Shown: one piece after another, positions 1 to 10,300 of the stretch
Position numbering within the stretch: the first letter of the stretch is position 1
Layout of the letters: each line of letters opens with the position of its first letter
DNA from: an uncultured delta proteobacterium
Lineage (GTDB): Bacteria > Myxococcota > UBA727 > VGSZ01
Assembly: GCA_963775425.1 (NCBI GenBank)
Contig: CAVZJB010000017.1
Coordinates: forward strand, 256,001 to 320,000
DNA: 64,000 nt
Direction: 5' to 3'
Position numbers and translations under genes: made by a program
Notes under the pieces: model-generated
Databases searched by the model: none
What the model saw: the letters and a program-made list of their open reading frames with translations, nothing else
What the model was told of the DNA's origin: nothing

Positions 1-2
1 TC

Positions 3-488
3 GCCGGCGCCCTCAACGCCGGCACCGACGCGCTGATGAAGGCGGCGCAGGGCGAGAGCCTCGGCCCCGCGCAGACGCCGGCGCCGTTGCGCCGTCACGT
101 ACCCTGGTCGTCGTACTTCTTCCCCGTCTTGCTGGTGTTCTTGTTCATGTTGCGGCTGCCGCGCCTCGTGCGCGCGCCCATCTTCGGCGTCGCCGGCGCC
201 GTGCTCGGCTGGGCAATCTTTCGCTCGCTCGTCGCCGTCGGCGTGGTGTCCGCGGTGGGCGTCGCCCTCGGCGCGCTCATCCCCTCCGGCGGCGGCCGAG
301 GCGGAGGAGGAGGACGCGGCGGCTTCGGCGGCGGCGGGATGCTGTGGTGGTTGCTGCCGTCGATGATGGGGTCGTCGCACCGCGGCTTCGGCGGCGGCAG
401 CAGCGGCGGCTTCTCCGGCGGCGGCTTCGGCGGCTTCTCCGGCGGCGGCGGCGGCTTCGGCGGCGGCGGCGCCTCGGGGCACTGGTGA
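3..488 (+). CDS. TPM-domain (YgcG-like) membrane protein, 5'-truncated; TM helices plus Gly-rich tail
   Basis: Frame is open from the window edge. Hydrophobic helices are followed by the GGFSGGGGGFGGGGASGHW tail typical of TPM proteins. The stop overlaps the next ATG (TGATG). Confidence 0.8.
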   Translation, partial: AGALNAGTDALMKAAQGESLGPAQTPAPLRRHVPWSSYFFPVLLVFLFMLRLPRLVRAPIFGVAGAVLGWAIFRSLVAVGVVSAVGVALGALIPSGGGRGGGGGRGGFGGGGMLWWLLPSMMGSSHRGFGGGSSGGFSGGGFGGFSGGGGGFGGGGASGHW

Positions 489-1111
489 TGCGCGCGTTCG
501 ACGAAACGTCCTTGAAGGCCATCTCCGACGCCGTCACCGAGGCGGAGCGGAGCACGTCGGGCGAGATCGTCGTCGTGGTGGCGCCGCGCAGCTCCGGCTA
601 TGACGGGCTGCGCGCGGCGGTGGCGATCGTCGTCACCACGCTGCTCGCGCTCGCCGTGACGCTCCTGTGGCCCGCGCTCCACGCGAGCTGGATCGCGCTC
701 GCCCTGCCCGTGGTGTTCATCGCGGCGTACGCGACGGCGGCGGCGCCGGCGCTGCTGCGGCTGGTGTTGTCGCGTGACGACGCGGAGGCGGCCGTGGCCG
801 ACGGGGCGCGGCTCGCGTTCATCGACCGCGGCGTGCACCGCACGCGCGATCGCTCCGGGGTGCTCGTGTACATCTCGCTGCTCGAACGCCGCGTGCAGGT
901 GCTCGGCGACGCGGGCATCCACGACGTGATCGGCGAAGCCGGCTGGCAGAAGACCGTGACGCGCATCGTCGAGGCGTTGGTGAAGCGCGAGCCCGCGGCC
1001 ATCGCCGACGTGGTGCGGGACATGGGCGCCACGCTCTCGGCGTCGTTCCCGCGGCGCGCCGACGACAAAAATGAGCTGCCGGACCAGGTCGTCGTCGCGC
1101 AGAGGCCTTGA
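488..1111 (+). CDS. TPM-domain membrane protein (second gene of the TPM pair)
   Basis: AEXXTSGEIVVVV start, two TM helices, TRDRSGVLVYISLLERRVQVLGDAGI, C-terminal NELPD. Confidence 0.85.
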   Translation: MRAFDETSLKAISDAVTEAERSTSGEIVVVVAPRSSGYDGLRAAVAIVVTTLLALAVTLLWPALHASWIALALPVVFIAAYATAAAPALLRLVLSRDDAEAAVADGARLAFIDRGVHRTRDRSGVLVYISLLERRVQVLGDAGIHDVIGEAGWQKTVTRIVEALVKREPAAIADVVRDMGATLSASFPRRADDKNELPDQVVVAQRP

Positions 1112-1168
1112 CACGACGACGTTGCCATGGGGCCGTCGCGCGGGTAGCACGCGACCAAGGAGTCCTCC

Positions 1169-1933
1169 ATGCGCACCGCCCTCGCCACCCTTCCCCTGCT
1201 CGCCGTCCTGGGCGCGTGGCCCGCGCTCGCCGCCGCGCCGTTCGCCGGCACCATCGAGATGAAGATCACCACCGACCACGGCGGCAACGGCAACATCAAG
1301 ATGACCATCGGCTCGGCCGGCGTCGTCAACGAGCTCACGATGCAGGGCCCGCAGGGCTCCATGGCCATCAAGTCCATCCTCAAGAAGGACAAGCCCGACT
1401 TCGTCTACCTCGTCAACGACACCAAGAAGTCGTACGTCCAGCTCCCGGCCAACGGCCCGATGCCTCCGCAGAGCGACGAGACATGGACCATCAAGAAGGT
1501 CGGCAAGGAGACCATCGCCGGCTACCCGAGCGTGCACGTCCAGGGGACGTCGTCGCAGGGCAACGCCATCGAGCTGTGGACCACCAAGAACATCATGGAC
1601 GCGGAGCAGTACGCCAAGGCCATGGGCGCCGGGCGCAACAACAGCGTCACCGGCTCGGTGATGGCGGCGCTCAAGGAGAAGCACCTCGACGGCTTCCCGG
1701 TGAAGATGATCGCCAAAGGCAAGGCCGGCGGCACCACCACCATGGAGCTCGTCAAGGTGAAGAAGGGCGCGGTTCCCGCCTCCACGTTCGACATCCCGAG
1801 CGGCTACCAGGAGGCCTCGATGGGCCCGCCCATGGGCGCCATCCCGCCCGAGGTGCAGAAGAAGATCCAGGAGAAGCTCGACTCCATGACACCCGAGCAG
1901 CGCGAAGCCATGAAGAAGGCCATGGCGCATTGA
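1169..1933 (+). CDS. Secreted DUF4412-like protein
   Basis: AGGAG RBS, signal peptide, GKETIAGY and ELWTT motifs, C-terminal FDIPSGY. Confidence 0.7.
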   Translation: MRTALATLPLLAVLGAWPALAAAPFAGTIEMKITTDHGGNGNIKMTIGSAGVVNELTMQGPQGSMAIKSILKKDKPDFVYLVNDTKKSYVQLPANGPMPPQSDETWTIKKVGKETIAGYPSVHVQGTSSQGNAIELWTTKNIMDAEQYAKAMGAGRNNSVTGSVMAALKEKHLDGFPVKMIAKGKAGGTTTMELVKVKKGAVPASTFDIPSGYQEASMGPPMGAIPPEVQKKIQEKLDSMTPEQREAMKKAMAH

Positions 1934-1950
1934 GCTGAGCGGCGTGACGG

Positions 1951-2550
1951 TCAACACGCGCCGCGCGCGAGGCGGACCATGGCGCGGGTGGCGTCGTCGA
2001 GGGAGCCGCCCGCGGCGAGGCGGGCGCCGACGGCCTCGATCCCGGCCACGACGGCGAAGACGGCGACCGGGTGCGGCGCGCGGGGGAGCTCGCCGCGGCG
2101 GTGGGCGTCCGCGAGGGTCTCTTCGAGGAGCGCGGCAAAGTGGGCGCGCAGCTTCTCCTGCCGGGCCTCGAAGCGGGGCCCGGCGGCGCGGCCCTCGGAG
2201 AAGAGCACGCGGGCGAGGCCTGCGTTTTGTGACACCAGCGACAGGAGCGCGCGGATGCCGCGCTCGAGCCGCTCCTCCACCGGCGAGCGCTCGATCTCCT
2301 CGTCGACGAAGCGCGTCGCGAGCTTGCCGGACGCGTCGTGCACGGCGGCGAGGACGTCGGCGAGGTCGTCGAAGTGCTCGTAGTAGGTGCGCCTGCTGAC
2401 GCCCGCCTCGCGCACGATGTCCTCGACGCTGGCGCCGGCATAGCCGAGCCGCGCGAACACCGCGGTCGCCGCCTGGACGAGCGCGCGCCGCTGCGCCCTC
2501 TTGCGAGCGGCCGGGGTGAGGGTCCGATCGTACTTTCCGCGCTCCGGCAT
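1951..2550 (-). CDS. TetR/AcrR family transcriptional regulator
   Basis: AATAVFARLGYAGASVEDIVREAGVSRRTYYEHF HTH signature; 199 aa. Confidence 0.93.
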   Translation of the reverse strand: MPERGKYDRTLTPAARKRAQRRALVQAATAVFARLGYAGASVEDIVREAGVSRRTYYEHFDDLADVLAAVHDASGKLATRFVDEEIERSPVEERLERGIRALLSLVSQNAGLARVLFSEGRAAGPRFEARQEKLRAHFAALLEETLADAHRRGELPRAPHPVAVFAVVAGIEAVGARLAAGGSLDDATRAMVRLARGAC

Positions 2551-2572
2551 CGGATCATCGTCGCATGACGCA

Positions 2573-2618
2573 ATGGAAACATCTATGTTTCTATTCATTG
2601 AAACGCTGATGTTTCCAT
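2573..2618. promoter_or_regulatory. Tandem palindromic operators (GAAAC-N6-GTTTC x2), probable TetR binding sites
   Basis: GAAACATCTATGTTTC at 2576-2591 and GAAACGCTGATGTTTC at 2600-2615; outer inverted repeat ATGGAAACATC/GATGTTTCCAT; AT-rich island between divergent genes. Confidence 0.75.
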
Positions 2619-2634
2619 GACGTCCGGAGGACCC

Positions 2635-4005
2635 GTGAAGCCCGCGCCGCTGTTGTTCATCCTCGCCGCCGCCGCTGCCTGCGGCCCCGCGCTCGACGAC
2701 CCCTCCGACCTCGCCGGCGACGGCGCGCTCGAGTGGGGGGCGCCGGCCCCGGACGTCCCCGTGGGCGAGCTCATCGACGATGGGATCGCGATCGACGGCG
2801 ACGTCATCGATCCCGACGCCCTCGTCGCCGCGGTCTATCCCGCCGACCTCGATGATCTCGACCTCGGCGAGCTCGGCGACGATCGCTCCGACCCCGCCTC
2901 CGGCGACGCGCCCGCGCTCGACGACCGCCGCGGCGAATTCGGGCTCGACGGCGCGGCCGCGGGCGACGACGGCGACACCGGCGACGGGGCCGACGGCGAC
3001 ATCGACGACGGCGACATCGACGCCGGCGCCGGGGCGGACGGCGTCGCGGGCCCCGACGAGGGCGGCGTGGACACAGCGGTCATCGCCGCCGCCGGCCCGG
3101 CGGCGGGGTCGAAGATGATCACGAAGCGCTACGCGGCGTTTCACCGCTCGGCATCGACGTCGTCGTCGCTGCTGTCGGTGCCGCCCCACAACGGGGTGCA
3201 TGACTCCGGGCTGCACCGGTGGGGCAACCACAACGGCGTCGTTCCTCCGGGGCACACGGTGCGGCTCAAGAGCGCCACCGCGCACCACGGGTTCTACAAG
3301 GTGAGCTACGAGGGAAAGACCGGCTGGATCGCGAAGTCGAAGCTTTTGTGGAAGAACCCCGCGCTGTCCCGCGTCCACCTCGCGCTCAAGTCGCCGAACA
3401 CGTTCTTCAAGAACCAACTGCACCGCGCGCGCTTCAACAAGGACGGCCCCTCGACGTCGGGCAACTGTGCGCCCACCAGCCTCGCCATGGCCGCGCTCGT
3501 CCTCGGCAGCGAGCCGGCGGGGCTGAGCGTCGAGCAGAGCATCCACCGCGTGCGGCACAAGTACGACCCCGGGCTCCACGAGACCACCGGCACAACGCGG
3601 GCGCAGATCCAGAGCGCCGCCGCCGCCATCGGCCTCCACGTGCACGGCCTCACCACGGCGCTCCGCCCGAGCGCGGCGCTCGCGCGCGTCGCCCACCAGC
3701 TCTCGCTCGGGCACCTCGTCGTCCTCACCGGCCAGCCCGGCAAGGCCGGCGCCACGCCCACGGCGTACCAGAAGCGCTTCAACCAGGCCTACGCGGCCGC
3801 CCTCGCCGACGGACAGTCGCTGGTCCACTCGCGGTACACGTTCGACGGACACCACGCCATCCTCGTGCTCGGGCGCACAGCCACAGGACGGTACGTCGTC
3901 GGCGACCCCATCTCCGAGGTGGGCTTCGTGTCGCTCACCGGCGCCCAGTTGAAGGACTTCATGGCGCGCTTCGGCGGCGGCACCGGCAACGCGGTCTGGC
4001 GGTGA
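2635..4005 (+). CDS. Lipoprotein: acidic N-terminal region, SH3-like domain, C39-like papain-fold peptidase
   Basis: GGAGG RBS before GTG 2635; lipobox AAAC; SH3-like GFYKVSYEGKTGWI; catalytic-type NCAPTSLAM (Cys), GHHAILVLG (His), GDP (Asp). Confidence 0.75.
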   Translation: MKPAPLLFILAAAAACGPALDDPSDLAGDGALEWGAPAPDVPVGELIDDGIAIDGDVIDPDALVAAVYPADLDDLDLGELGDDRSDPASGDAPALDDRRGEFGLDGAAAGDDGDTGDGADGDIDDGDIDAGAGADGVAGPDEGGVDTAVIAAAGPAAGSKMITKRYAAFHRSASTSSSLLSVPPHNGVHDSGLHRWGNHNGVVPPGHTVRLKSATAHHGFYKVSYEGKTGWIAKSKLLWKNPALSRVHLALKSPNTFFKNQLHRARFNKDGPSTSGNCAPTSLAMAALVLGSEPAGLSVEQSIHRVRHKYDPGLHETTGTTRAQIQSAAAAIGLHVHGLTTALRPSAALARVAHQLSLGHLVVLTGQPGKAGATPTAYQKRFNQAYAAALADGQSLVHSRYTFDGHHAILVLGRTATGRYVVGDPISEVGFVSLTGAQLKDFMARFGGGTGNAVWR

Positions 4006-4093
4006 CAGGGCCATCGCGCACACGCTGGGCCGCCAACGGGGTGCCCACACCCAGGCGGCGCCGCACGAGCGGTTGTGAACGGGCCTTTACCCC

Positions 4094-4109
4094 CGGCACG
4101 CCTCCTGCT
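4094..4109 (+). promoter_or_regulatory. Candidate sigma-54 promoter
   Basis: CGGCACG-CCTC-CTGCT gives GG-N10-GC, resembling TGGCACG-N4-TTGCW, about 35 nt upstream of the 4144 start. Confidence 0.45.
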
Positions 4110-4143
4110 TGATGCCGCTCGCCGTTGAAGGCGGGAGTCCCCC

Positions 4144-4872
4144 ATGAGCCGATTTGTTGATGTCGATCCCACCACCTTCGCCGACGCAGGCGCGACGCTG
4201 CTCGGGCACCTGATGCTCCCGGTGGTCCACGACCTCAACAACCTGCTCACCGCCATGACCACCCTCGCCGAGGTCGCCGCCGAGGGCTTGCCCGAGGACA
4301 GCGTCGCGCGCGCCGACTTCGTGCAGCTCCTGCGCTACGCCGAAGGAGCCGCGGAGCTCACCCGGCGCTTGAAGGCCGTCGGCACGCCCTCCGCCGGCGC
4401 GTCGTGCATCGACGCAGGCGAGGTCGTGCGGGATACGCAGCGGCTCATCGCGTGCGTCCTCGGCAAGGACACGGTCGTCGACGTCGACGCGCCGCCCGTC
4501 GCGCGCGCCGTGCGCGTCGACCGCACCGAGCTCGAGCGCGTCATCCTCAACCTCGCCGCCAACGCGCGCGACGCGATGCGCGACGGCGGACGCTTCTCGC
4601 TCACCGTCGAAGAACGGCTCATCGAAGACCGCCCGGGCCTGGCGCCCGGACGGTACGCGGCGATCGTCGCCGCCGACACCGGCGCCGGCATCCCCGCGGA
4701 GACCCTCGGGCGCGTGTTCGAGGAGTCGTTCACGACCAAGAAGAACGGCCGCGGCGTGGGCCTCGCCTCGTCGCGCTCGCTCATCCGCGACGCCGGCGGC
4801 GACATCGAGGTCGTGAGCGGCGGCGCCGGAGCGGGCACCACGTTCACCGTGCTCCTCCCTCTCGCGCCGTAG
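4144..4872 (+). CDS. Histidine kinase core (HisKA + HATPase) without sensor or receiver domain
   Basis: H-box HDLNNLLT, N-box NLAANARDAM, G1 DTGAGI, F-box FTTK, G2 GVGL, GTTFTVLLP. Confidence 0.88.
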   Translation: MSRFVDVDPTTFADAGATLLGHLMLPVVHDLNNLLTAMTTLAEVAAEGLPEDSVARADFVQLLRYAEGAAELTRRLKAVGTPSAGASCIDAGEVVRDTQRLIACVLGKDTVVDVDAPPVARAVRVDRTELERVILNLAANARDAMRDGGRFSLTVEERLIEDRPGLAPGRYAAIVAADTGAGIPAETLGRVFEESFTTKKNGRGVGLASSRSLIRDAGGDIEVVSGGAGAGTTFTVLLPLAP

Positions 4873-4879
4873 CGCGGGG

Positions 4880-7357
4880 TCAGCGGACGGCGTACGTCGC
4901 GCGGTCGACGGGCTCCGCGACGCCGGGGAGATACAGCGCCACCGTGTGCGTGCCCGGGACCGCGTCGATCCACGTCGAAAACGGCGCGCGCAGCGTGAGG
5001 AGGTCGCCGCCGTCGGTGCGCACCAGGACCGTGTCGACGCCCGGCGGCGCGCGCACCTTCACGGGCACCCCCTGCCCTGCGGGCACCCCGGGCTCGCGCA
5101 GCAGCTCGTCGCCGTCGACGGGGCTCATGAACCGCGCGGCGGCGCGCACCGGCGGCCCGCGCGCGCCGCAGTCGCGAGCGCCGTCTTCGAGCGCCAGGCC
5201 CTCGGCGCGCGCCCACGCGGCGTAGCGCGGCTCGAACCTCAACGCGCGCACGCCGGGTGAGCAGCCGCCCGCGCCGTCGGCGACGATGTGGTGCGAGGCG
5301 CACGTCTCCGTGGGCGCCGTGCCTTTCAAGAAGTGCTCTTCGAAGGCGCCGGCGCACGCGGGGCCCGCGCGCTTGCCCGACAGCGGGCAGATCTTGACGG
5401 TGTCGAAGGCCGTGTCGTCGACCAGCGGCGCCGGGTGAACGCCCCGCATGGCCGCGAGCATCACGCGGCGAAAGATGACGCCGGCGCCGGTGATGCCCGA
5501 GACGTTCCGCATCGGAGTGCCGTCGAAGTTTCCGGCCCACACGGCCACGGTGCGCTCGTGGGTGAAGCCGGCCGTCCAGTTGTCGACGTACGCGCGGCTG
5601 GTGCCCGTCTTCGCCGCCACCGGGAACGGCAGCGACAGAGCGTTGTCGGGGCCGAACGCGGGCACGCGCGAGGGCTTGTCGATGAGGATGTCCGTGAGGA
5701 GCGCCACCGCGTCCCGCGGCAGGAAGCGCCGGGGCGAAGACGGCGCCGCGATCGGCAGCGCGCGACCGTCGCCGTCCTCGGCGCGCTCGACGTCGACGAG
5801 CGGGGACACGACGCCGCCGCGGGCGAGGCCGCGGTAGGCGCGCGCCATCTCGTACAGCTCGATGTCGCCGTCGCCGAGGACGATGCCGACGCCGTAGTGC
5901 TCGGGAGGCTCCGTGAGCGAGTCGAACCCCGCCGCGTGCAGCGTGTCGAGGATGCGCGCCGGGCCGAGCATCTCGGCCACGCGCACCGCGGGGATGTTGT
6001 AGCTGTTCTGCAGCGCCGCGCGCAGGCGCACCGGCCCGTGCACGCGCTTGTCGTAGTTGCGCGGCGAATAGGTGCCGGACTCGGTGGCGAGGTTCAGCTC
6101 GAGGTCGGGGATGAGCGTGGCGGGCGTCATGCCGTGCGAGAGCGCGAGCCCGTAGACGAACGGCTTGAGCGCGCTCCCCGGCTGCCGGCGCGCGCGGACG
6201 CCGTCGTTTTGGCCCTCGTGCGCGACGTCAAAGAAGTCGCGCGAGCCGGCGTAGGCGAGGACGTCGCCGGTCTTGTTGTCGATGACGACGACGGCGGCCT
6301 GGCCGACGCGCGCGGCGGCGAGGGGGCCGCCGAGCTCTTCGTCGATGACGCGCTCGACCTCGCGCTGCAGCGCGGGATCGATGGTGGTCTCGACGGTGAC
6401 GGCGCCGCCGAGCCCACGCGCGTCGAGGGACGCGAGGAGGGCGCTCGTGAAGTGCGGCGCCCGGAGGGAGGCGCGGGTGGCGTCGACATCGAGCGGCTCG
6501 TCGAGGGCGCGCGTGAGCGCGGCGGCGTCGAGCGCGCCGGGGACGTCGTTCATGCGCGCGAGCACGACGGCGCGCCGGCGCAGGGCGCGCTCGGGGTGAC
6601 GCAAAGGATCTTCGCGCGCGGGGGCGTGGGCGAGCCCGGCCAGGAGCGCGGCTTGCGCGGGAGAGAGCAGCCGCGCGGGGCGGCCGAAGTAGAAGCGGCT
6701 CGCGGCTTCGACGCCGACGACGCCGTTTCCGAGCGGGACGCGGTTCAGGTACTCGACGAGGATGCGCTCCTTGTCGAGGTGCGCCGACAACCGCAGCGCC
6801 CACAGCGCCTCCCACGCCTTGCCGGGGAGCGTGCGCGGCCGCGGCACCAGCCGCCGCGCGAGCTGCTGCTGGATGGTGGAGGCGCCGCTGGTGAAGCGGC
6901 CGGCGCCGGCGGAGTCGCGGACGGCGCGCGCGACGGCGCGCAGGTCGATCGGCAGCGCGCGCTCCTCGAAGCGCCGGTCCTCGGCCGCGAGGAAGGCGGC
7001 CTTCACGAGCGGCGGCACGCGATCGTCCTCGAGCGGGACGCTGCGCGCGCCGTCGGCGGCCGGGATCTCGCGAAGAGGATCGCCGTTGCGATCGAGGATG
7101 GCGAGCGACGTCACCGGCCGCCGCGCCAGCAGCGACGAGGACAGCGGCCACGCCACGAACGCCCCCGAGACGACGACGACGGCGGCGCACGCGCAGGCCA
7201 GCCCGCGCGCGATCCGGGCTCGAGTCACCCGGCGGAGCGCGCGCCACGGGGGCGCCCCCGTGGCGCCACCCGTCGTCGTGCGCGCGACGGTCGTCGTGGG
7301 CGCGACGGTCGTCGTGGGCGCGGCCTTCGTCGTGGCGCCCTCCGTCGGCGGGCTCAC
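4880..7357 (-). CDS. pbpC: Penicillin-binding protein 1C
   Basis: Transglycosylase AEDRRF and GASTIQQQLAR; transpeptidase QPGSALKPF, SYN, KTGTS; C-terminal PBP1C domain; coupled to an alpha-2-macroglobulin gene. Confidence 0.92.
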   Translation of the reverse strand: MSPPTEGATTKAAPTTTVAPTTTVARTTTGGATGAPPWRALRRVTRARIARGLACACAAVVVVSGAFVAWPLSSSLLARRPVTSLAILDRNGDPLREIPAADGARSVPLEDDRVPPLVKAAFLAAEDRRFEERALPIDLRAVARAVRDSAGAGRFTSGASTIQQQLARRLVPRPRTLPGKAWEALWALRLSAHLDKERILVEYLNRVPLGNGVVGVEAASRFYFGRPARLLSPAQAALLAGLAHAPAREDPLRHPERALRRRAVVLARMNDVPGALDAAALTRALDEPLDVDATRASLRAPHFTSALLASLDARGLGGAVTVETTIDPALQREVERVIDEELGGPLAAARVGQAAVVVIDNKTGDVLAYAGSRDFFDVAHEGQNDGVRARRQPGSALKPFVYGLALSHGMTPATLIPDLELNLATESGTYSPRNYDKRVHGPVRLRAALQNSYNIPAVRVAEMLGPARILDTLHAAGFDSLTEPPEHYGVGIVLGDGDIELYEMARAYRGLARGGVVSPLVDVERAEDGDGRALPIAAPSSPRRFLPRDAVALLTDILIDKPSRVPAFGPDNALSLPFPVAAKTGTSRAYVDNWTAGFTHERTVAVWAGNFDGTPMRNVSGITGAGVIFRRVMLAAMRGVHPAPLVDDTAFDTVKICPLSGKRAGPACAGAFEEHFLKGTAPTETCASHHIVADGAGGCSPGVRALRFEPRYAAWARAEGLALEDGARDCGARGPPVRAAARFMSPVDGDELLREPGVPAGQGVPVKVRAPPGVDTVLVRTDGGDLLTLRAPFSTWIDAVPGTHTVALYLPGVAEPVDRATYAVR

Positions 7358-10300
7358 GGCGCGACGACCTCAAAGGTGCCGCCGTCGGAGCGGCCCGAGG
7401 TCTCCGGGGCGTACATCTCCTCGGCCGTGGCCGGCTTCAAGACGAACGTCCCCGGCGTCGTCGCCCGCGCGGTGATCGACGTGGTGTGCACGCCCGGCGG
7501 CAGGTCGTCGGAGAAGAACACGGCGCGGTCGTCGCGCAGCTCGACGTGGTTGAACGGGCTCCACACGGCGTACTCCTCGCCCTCGCCCTCGCCCTCGTCG
7601 CCGTACTCACCGTCCTCGCCGCCCTCGCCGCCCTCGTCTCCCTCCTCGCCCGCCGGCGCGTGAGACGCCGTGGACGCAAGGCTCTCGTCGACGATCTCGA
7701 GGCCCGCCGGCAGCGGCACCTCCACCGCCACGAACTTTCGCTCCGCCGATGTCGCCACGCGCGCCTTCACGCGCACGAGCTCACCGGCGCGGACCTTCAA
7801 GGCGCGCCCCGTCCCGGGCGCGGTGCTCCACGGCTCGAACCAGCGCTGCACCGCGATGCCCGCGTCGAGCGGCGTGGTGGGCATCTCCTTCTTCGCGTAG
7901 CGCAGCGCGGCGGTGTAGCTGAGCGTGCCCGAGCCCGTCTTTTCGAACACGAGCGGCGCCTGCCCGCCGGCGCCGAGCGCGCTCATCGGCACGAGCTTCT
8001 CGAAGATGTCGAGGCTGCGACCGTCGAAGCGCTGCGTGATGAGCGGCTTCCCCGCCAGCGAGACCGTCGCCTCGAAGCGCGGCGGCTCATGCTCCTTGGC
8101 GCGCACCACCTCCGTCAGCGCCATCAAGGCGAACGCCGCCTCCTGCGTGCTTCGATAGCGCCCGCCCTTGCGCTCCGTGCCGAGCCAATGCGCGATCTTG
8201 CCGACGAAGGGATGGTCGGGCTCACCGTCGACGAGCGTCATCAGCACCACCGCCGACGTCCGCACGTCGCTCGACCAGTAGCTGCTCCAGCGCCGCGGGT
8301 CCGTCTCCTCGAAGTGCACGTCGCGCGCGGTCTCCTTGGCCCCGTTCATCACCTCCTGCAACAAGACGCCCGCGCGCTCGTCGTCGGCCTTGCCCACGTA
8401 GCTCGCGTCCGCGAGCATCGCCTTGGCGAACAGCGGCAGGTCCGCGCGCTTGTCGAAGAGCCCCTCGATGAAGCTGTTCTTCGGCTCCCCGGTGCGCGCC
8501 AGCGCCCACACCGCGAACGCCCGCTCCACGAGGCTCGCGTGCCGCTGCCAGCCGCACGAGGGCAAACGATCGGCGGCCACCTTGGTCGCGAGGAACCTCT
8601 TCGCCTTGCTCACGGCGGAGTCATCGACGGCATAGCCGAGCTCCTTGGCCCGAGAGAGGGCGAGCGTGGCGTACGACGACGCCCACGGGTCGCTGCACGA
8701 CGACGAGCCCCAGTAGCGGAAGCCGCCGTCGTCGCTCTGCAGGTCCTCGAGCGCACGCACCGTCTTGTCCGCGACGCGGTCGGGGTCCGGCACGCCGCCG
8801 GCGGCGTCGGCGTCGAGCCCCAGCCAGTGCGCCGTTCGTTGCTGCTCGGCGTCGCCGCCCTTGTGCGGCACACCGAACGCGCCCTCCAGCTCACGCAGCG
8901 CCATGAACGGCACCAGGCGCGACGAGAGCTGCTCGGCGCAGCCGTAGGGATACGCGACCAACTGCTCGAGCGCGTCCTGGTAGCCGGCGAGCGCCGTGGA
9001 CGCCAGGCTCACCTGGAGGCCACCCACGCCGGGGTAGACCCCCGCCGGCGGCGCCAGCGCCTCCTCGCGCTTTCCGTCCGTGTCGCCGGTGGCGGCCACC
9101 GTCTCCATCACCATGGGGAGCACCACGGGCAAGAGGTGCTCCACGCCGTCCCGCTCGCCGCCTCCGATGACCTCGAAGCGCAGCCGCGCCGTCCCCGGCG
9201 ATTTGGCCGCGAACGAAAACCGCACCTCGCGCGCGCGGCCGGCCTCGACGCGCACCGTCTGCTCCGGCGGCCCGTCGAGCGCGAGCCCTTGCGCGTCCAC
9301 CTTCACCTTCACGTCGCCGGCCTGCTGCGCGTGCACGATCACGCCCGCGGAGAACGTGTCGCCGACGCGCGCGAGGCGCGGCAGCGCCGGCAACGCGAGC
9401 AGCGGCTTCTGCACGACGATGTCGGTGCGCCCGGAGCCCGCGCGATCGCCCTCGGTGACGGCCAGCGCCATCACGCGGTAGGTGGTGAGGTCGTCCGGGA
9501 GCTTCACCTCCACCTCGGCGCGGCCCTGTTCGTCCGTCTCCACCTGGGGCACGAAGAACGCCGTGGTCTTGAAGTTGGAGCGGAAGCCGCCGCCGACGCC
9601 GGCGCCGCCGTCGCCGCCGGGGGGCCTGCCCTTCTCGCCGTAGCGCTGCTTCTTGATGAGGAAGATCAGCGGCTCACCGAGCCGCACGCTCAAGCCGCGC
9701 GGCGGGTGAATGGCCGCCACGGGATCGGGCACGCTGTAGTCCGTCAAGCGCAGCACGGCCTCGTCCACCGCCCACAGCGCGACCTCCGCGGGCGCGCCGT
9801 GGCCCTCGAAGTCCTTCACCGCGATCTTGAGCTTGAGCTTCTCGCCCGGCCGGTGCGTGCCCGCGCCCGCGTCGACGGCGACGTCGAGCCGCTTCTCCCG
9901 CTTGTCGACCTCGAGCTTCGCGTACCCGACGCGCACCTGCGGCCTGCCCGGGTCCGCCTCACGCGCGGCGGCCGACGCGGCGTCCTTCGGGCTCGCGGCG
10001 TCGTCGGGGACGCGGCCCCGGACGACGACGACGCTCACGAACACGTTCGGCACCATGCCGTCGGTGATGGGGATGTCCACGGTGCTCGACGGCGACACCT
10101 TCTGCCGCCGGGTCCACAGCACGCCCTCACGCTCGACGGTGACGAGCGCCTCCGCGTCGGGCCACGGGCTCTTCACGAGCACCCTGGCGGTGTCGCCCGC
10201 CTCGTAGAGCTTCTTGTCCGCGACGAGGTCGATCTGGTCGCCGTCGGTGCGCTGCCAGCTCACCCAGGCGCCGCCCACGACGTAGGTCGACGTGGTGGTG

